DNA from: Candidatus Marinacidobacterales bacterium
GTDB lineage: Bacteria > Acidobacteriota > Vicinamibacteria > Marinacidobacterales > DATDRI01
Assembly: GCA_965219415.1 (NCBI GenBank)
Contig: CBDCNP010000002.1
Location: 1,312,001-1,376,000 of the forward strand
Direction of reading: 5' to 3'
Length of the DNA: 64,000 nt
The notes beneath the pieces are model-generated. The model was not told where the DNA came from. It worked only from the letters and a program-made list of their open reading frames with translations, and searched no databases. The position numbers and the translations under genes were made by a program. Numbering within the stretch: the first letter of the stretch is position 1; each line of letters opens with the position of its first letter. This document shows positions 59,683 through 64,000 of this stretch, piece after piece.

Positions 59683-60855
59683 ATGAGATTGCCGTTTCTA
59701 GATAACATCCTGCAGTCGGGGACGGGCACGGCGCAACGTCCTCAAATCGACAAGAACCATCAGAGCAATATCCCCGGGCTCTATATCATCGGAGACTTGG
59801 CAGGTGCGCCGGTCATCAAGCTGGCGATGAGCGATGGAGCAAGGCTACAACGTCATCGAGCACATCGCCTCGCTGAGCGACGCGAAGACCACCGAGCCCA
59901 ACGCACTAGATGTGCTGGTCGTCGGTGCGGGAGCTTCTGGTCTCAACGCCGCACTCCAGGCGAGTGAGCGCGGCTTGAGCTGCGCGGTCCTCGAGAAGGA
60001 AAAAATCGCCAACACCATCGAGAACTTCCCCGAGGGCAAATGGGTCTATGCGGAGCCTGACACTAAGCCTTCCAAAGGCAAACTCTGGTTGGACGGAGCC
60101 ACCAAAGAAGATTTGATCAAGCGATGGCAAGACATCGTGCGCGAGAACCGTCTCGACGTACGTACCGAGTCACCGGTCACCGCGCTGAAAAAAAAGGGTG
60201 GCCATTTCGAAGTCGAGGCCGGTGGGAACACGCTGAAAGCCAAGCGTGTCATTCTTGCCATCGGCCAGCGCGGCAACCCACGAAAGCTCGGGGTACCGGG
60301 CGAAGACCGCGAAGAGGTCTATCACCGGCTGTATAGCCCTCGGCACTATCGAGACGAAGACATCATGGTGATTGGGGGCGGTAATAGCGCCGTCGAAGCC
60401 GCATTGGTCTTGAGTGAGAAAAATCGCGTTGTGCTTTGCCACCGGGGAGCCGAGCTCACACGCATCTTCAAAGACAACGAGCGAAAACTGAAATGAGGCC
60501 GTTTCCGAAGGGCGCATCACTCTCCATCTCGAAAGCAACATCAACGAATTCGGTGACGGAAAGATCACTGAGACGATCTCGCGGGACGGCAAGTCCTTCG
60601 AGGAGGTCGTCCCCTATGACCACGCGTTTGTACTGATCGGCGCCGAGCTTCCGGTCAAGTTTCTAAAGTCCCTCGGGATCAAGCTCGAGAACGAGTGGGA
60701 AGGCAGCTTTCTTCGCGCCGCGATGTTGACTCTCGCTACCCTCGCTGGAGTTGGGTTCGTTCACGGCCAGACGGGTGCAAGCGGTTGGGGTCTCGCGATG
60801 CTCTTCGCAGGAACCGCGGCGCTCGTCGGGATCGCAGTGTACAAGGGCGATCGTC
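59683..60855 (+). pseudogene. Thioredoxin-reductase-like FAD/NAD(P) oxidoreductase with membrane segments, frameshifted and 3'-truncated
   Basis: PGLYIIGDLAG, VVGAGASG, AIGQRGNPRKL, IGGGNSAVE, then TM helices; ends at a junction near 60855. Confidence 0.75.
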
Positions 60856-62638
60856 CGCTTCGACGCTGATAGTCGAAAAATAGCTACTCCGGAACGAAAA
60901 GCCGGGGCTGCTTTGCGGAAAGGTTCGATTGTCGAGAAGGACTGGAAAATCCTTGGGGCGCAGCACTTCTTCGGTTCGGTCGTAGAACACTTCGAACGAC
61001 GTTTGTCCTGCGAAATTGAGGTCGAGCCCCAAATCGAAGCCACGATCGAGAAGTGTCCCCCTCTTGATCCCAAGCGCCCTGAAGACCGAGCGATGGTCCC
61101 CAAGAGAGGAGCGTCTCGCCTTCGGGCCAGAAGGAGTATCGATTCCACGAGCGAACCTGACGTATGTCCCGGCGGTTGATGAAACCGGGGACGGACCGGA
61201 AGCTGTCGCTGACGTCGGTGTAGCCTAAATGAGCGGAAAGGCTGCGCCCGGAGCGATTCAGCTCCATTTCGTACGCGGGGCCAGCCACGTTGGTCCCGTC
61301 CGGTAACGTTGTGGTGCTGGTGACCGCCTGCCCCTTCCACGACCAGTTCGGGGCGAGCTTGAAACCCGCGTCCACACCGGCGACCTGGTTGGAGCTCTTC
61401 TCGAATTGCCAGCCGGTATAGATCGCGCCGACACTCCCTTGTTCGAAAACGTCCCGGTTCAAACGAAAGAGTCCGTAGTAGGCACGCTTCCCGAAAAGAG
61501 CGCTCTCCGGCAGGGCGCTCCTTCCCGGTGCCCGGTCGTCTGCTAGCAAGGCTCCTATTGCCCAGGGACCCGTCTTGCCAGTGAGCCGGGTACCGATCAG
61601 AGGGTCCGCGATGCGGCGGGTAAAAACCAAGTTGATGGGCGTCTCGAAAAAACTCGCGTTTTCAATGAAGAATGGACGTCTCTCGGGGAAGAAGACTTCG
61701 AAGCGTTCGTTGACGGTAATCTGTGGCTCGTCCGATTCCACCTGACTGAAATCCGGGTTGAGCGTTGCGTCGAGCACCATGCTGTCGCGGAACACGAACT
61801 TGGCATCGAGACCCACGTTCACGTCTCTCAAATCCTCCACGAAGTCGGGACCGTCCGGGAGATCGGGGTCCAAGGCACGAAAGGAACGCGAGGCTGCATA
61901 GGGGATGAGCTGGATGTTGCGTCCGGGCGATATATTCTCCAACTGAACGCGGCCGGTTTGGTTGAGGTAACCCTGCACGCGGTTTGTTGCCTGCGGCCAA
62001 AAAGACCAATCGGTCAAATGGGGAATCCAGCGCTCTAGCAGAAGCCCCCAGGTCTGCACGTCCTCGTCGGCAAAACGCAAACTCTTGAAGGGTATGGCGA
62101 ACCAGACGACGTAACCTCGGCCGGTGCGCTCACCATGCGAATACCAAAGCGTGTCGAACGATGCGTCCTCATCATCGAGGACTTCGCTGTAGAGAGCATC
62201 TCGTTGTATGCCAAAGGCATTGGCCACGAATACGAACGCTCGACGCTCATCATTGAAAGTGTCGATGTTGACGTAAACGAGATCATCGTCCCGCGAAATG
62301 GCCTCGCGCGCCGTCATCCGGGCGCGGACTTTTTCCGGCTCGTCGTCGAACGCCACAAACACAACATAGAGTTTCTCGTCGTCATAGCCTAGATAGACCT
62401 CGGTGAGCTGGCTCGAGGGCTCACCGTCATTGTTCTCCCTTTGAATGAAGCCGGACACCTTCGCCATCTGCCCTACGATTCGAGCGCTCGGCGTCATCTC
62501 GAAGAAGTCGTCGAGCGTGGGGGCGATTCGCACGCGCGGGATGGTGACATCCGGGCGGCGGATCAGGGGCTCGCTTTCGGCACGCAGCACGGCCGGAGCC
62601 ATCAGGAACAGCGCCCAAACCCACAGAACTCGCGACAT
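60855..62638 (-). pseudogene. CBM9-like/DUF5916 outer-membrane protein, 3'-truncated
   Basis: Signal peptide, YLGYDDEKLY, IPFKSLRF, NPDFSQVESD, FPERRPFFIE, FTRRI. Confidence 0.8.
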
Positions 62639-62749
62639 CGGTCTCCAGCCCAAAAAACAGGGATTTACCGGTTGAACCCGGAAGGAATTGTCTCTAAATT
62701 TAGGGAAAACTAATGATACCCTGTCGGGCCGTGGATGGCAAATTTCCCG

Positions 62750-64000
62750 TTAGAAACGGAAAAGATAGGAAAACTTGACAAAGATCTGCCACGCGTCGTT
62801 CCGGAAAGCACTGCGCGGGCGGATGAGACGGCGTCCGTTAGGGGTATCGATGAGGTCGATGTTTTGCGCGTTGCCGTTGTAGCCGACGTAGAGCGCCGTC
62901 CACGGGTTCACTAAATACGTTACCAAGGCGTCGAAATTGAAGTTCTTAACGGTCGGAAGCGACGTCAAACTCTCGTTACTCAACAGCGCGTCGTACTGAC
63001 CGATGAGACGCAGCGACAGCTCGCGGTTGAACTGCCAGTTCCACCTCATACGTAAGATGTGATTGTCGAAGATCCTCGCCCCGTTCGATGGCTCGGTGAG
63101 TCGCGTGAGGAGGTACGTGGTGTCGATCCGGTGCGCGTTGGCAGGCCGAATCGTAAACTGAGCTCCGTACCGGTCTGATCGGCCTCCGCGGGCTCCTCGC
63201 CGGCGGGTGGATTGAAGTTGATAGTGGTCCCTCCGGTGTACTCGAAGTTGACGGTCAGAGCCGGAATCAAGCTGCTTCTGAACTCGATGCTAGGGTCGCT
63301 CTGGGGAAAGATCCGGTTATCGATAAGCACCGGGAAATCCTTGGGGCGTAACGTCTCGTTCTTCCTGGTGAATTCCACCTCGACTCTCGTCTGTCCCACG
63401 AAATTCCAAACGAGACCGGGGTTGTAGATCTCGTCCAAGAGGACCCCGTTGTGATCCCACACGCCCTCCACGAAAAACGTGGGTCCCCAGGAAATGAGCG
63501 TTCTCTCCGGACGGAACAGATAACGAAACGAATAGCTGAGCTCGCGGATGTCGCGCCGGGCGACGAAACCGGGCACCGAGCGGAAATCCTCGCTGATGTC
63601 CGTATAGCCAAAGAACATCCTCAGTTGCCTTCCGGATCGCCGCAGTTGAACATCGTAGGCCGGCCCCGCTACGTTGAGCTCGCCTTGCTCCCCTTGTAGT
63701 GTCGTCGAGCTCGTTCACCGCCTGGCCGGCCAACGCCAGGTTTGGCGTGAGCAGGAAGCGGAAGTCGGCACCACCGACCCGGTTCGAGCTGCCATCGAGA
63801 CTCCAATCGGTATAGATCGCTCCCACCGACCCTTGTTCGAAAACGTCTCGACTGACCCGGAAAATACCGAACAGAGAGCCCTGACCGCGGAGCGGTGAGC
63901 CTGGGAGGGCGCGCTTTCCCGGAGCTTCGTCGTCGGCGACGAGGGCACCGATCGCCCAGGGCCCTACCTTCCCTGTCAACCGGGTGCCAAGAAGCGGATC
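62750..64000 (-). CDS. Second DUF5916 paralogue, C-terminal part (start beyond the right edge), frameshifted
   Basis: GTRLTGKVGPWAIG, FRSVPGF..RRDIR, LRPKDFPVL shared with the downstream copy; ends KFSYLFRF. Confidence 0.8.

Noticed and set aside
33501-63979. Programmed frameshifting as the explanation for the many split genes
   Set aside because: The shifts I inspected fall mostly in short homopolymers across unrelated genes, typical of long-read consensus error; no shared slippery site or stimulator was seen

Overview
A GC-rich bacterial chromosomal window. The gene repertoire (ADOP permease, kinase-TPR proteins, DUF5916 paralogues, large M14 peptidase, PQQ propeller) suggests Acidobacteriota; this is inference only. 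Core content: a complete Rrf2-sufBCDSUT operon with a visible sigma70 promoter and IscR-type operator, 5-oxoprolinase, zwf, trpF, apbE/nqrM, bactofilin, an Aas-like acyl ligase, many secreted hydrolases and an ECF/anti-sigma module. I found no rRNA, tRNA, CRISPR array or transposase. Many genes carry single-base homopolymer frameshifts, probably long-read consensus errors. Several genes also show larger internal deletions, and one kinase gene has a two-breakpoint internal inversion. Best leads: (1) a riboswitch-like structured leader with a switchable anti-SD in front of a DUF1611 (DgcN-like) + PLP racemase operon; (2) the intragenic inversion that uncouples a kinase domain from its TM/TPR part; (3) a queuosine-salvage (DUF2419/QNG1) homologue with a Tat-like signal. 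All family calls come from motif recognition by eye, not from database searches.
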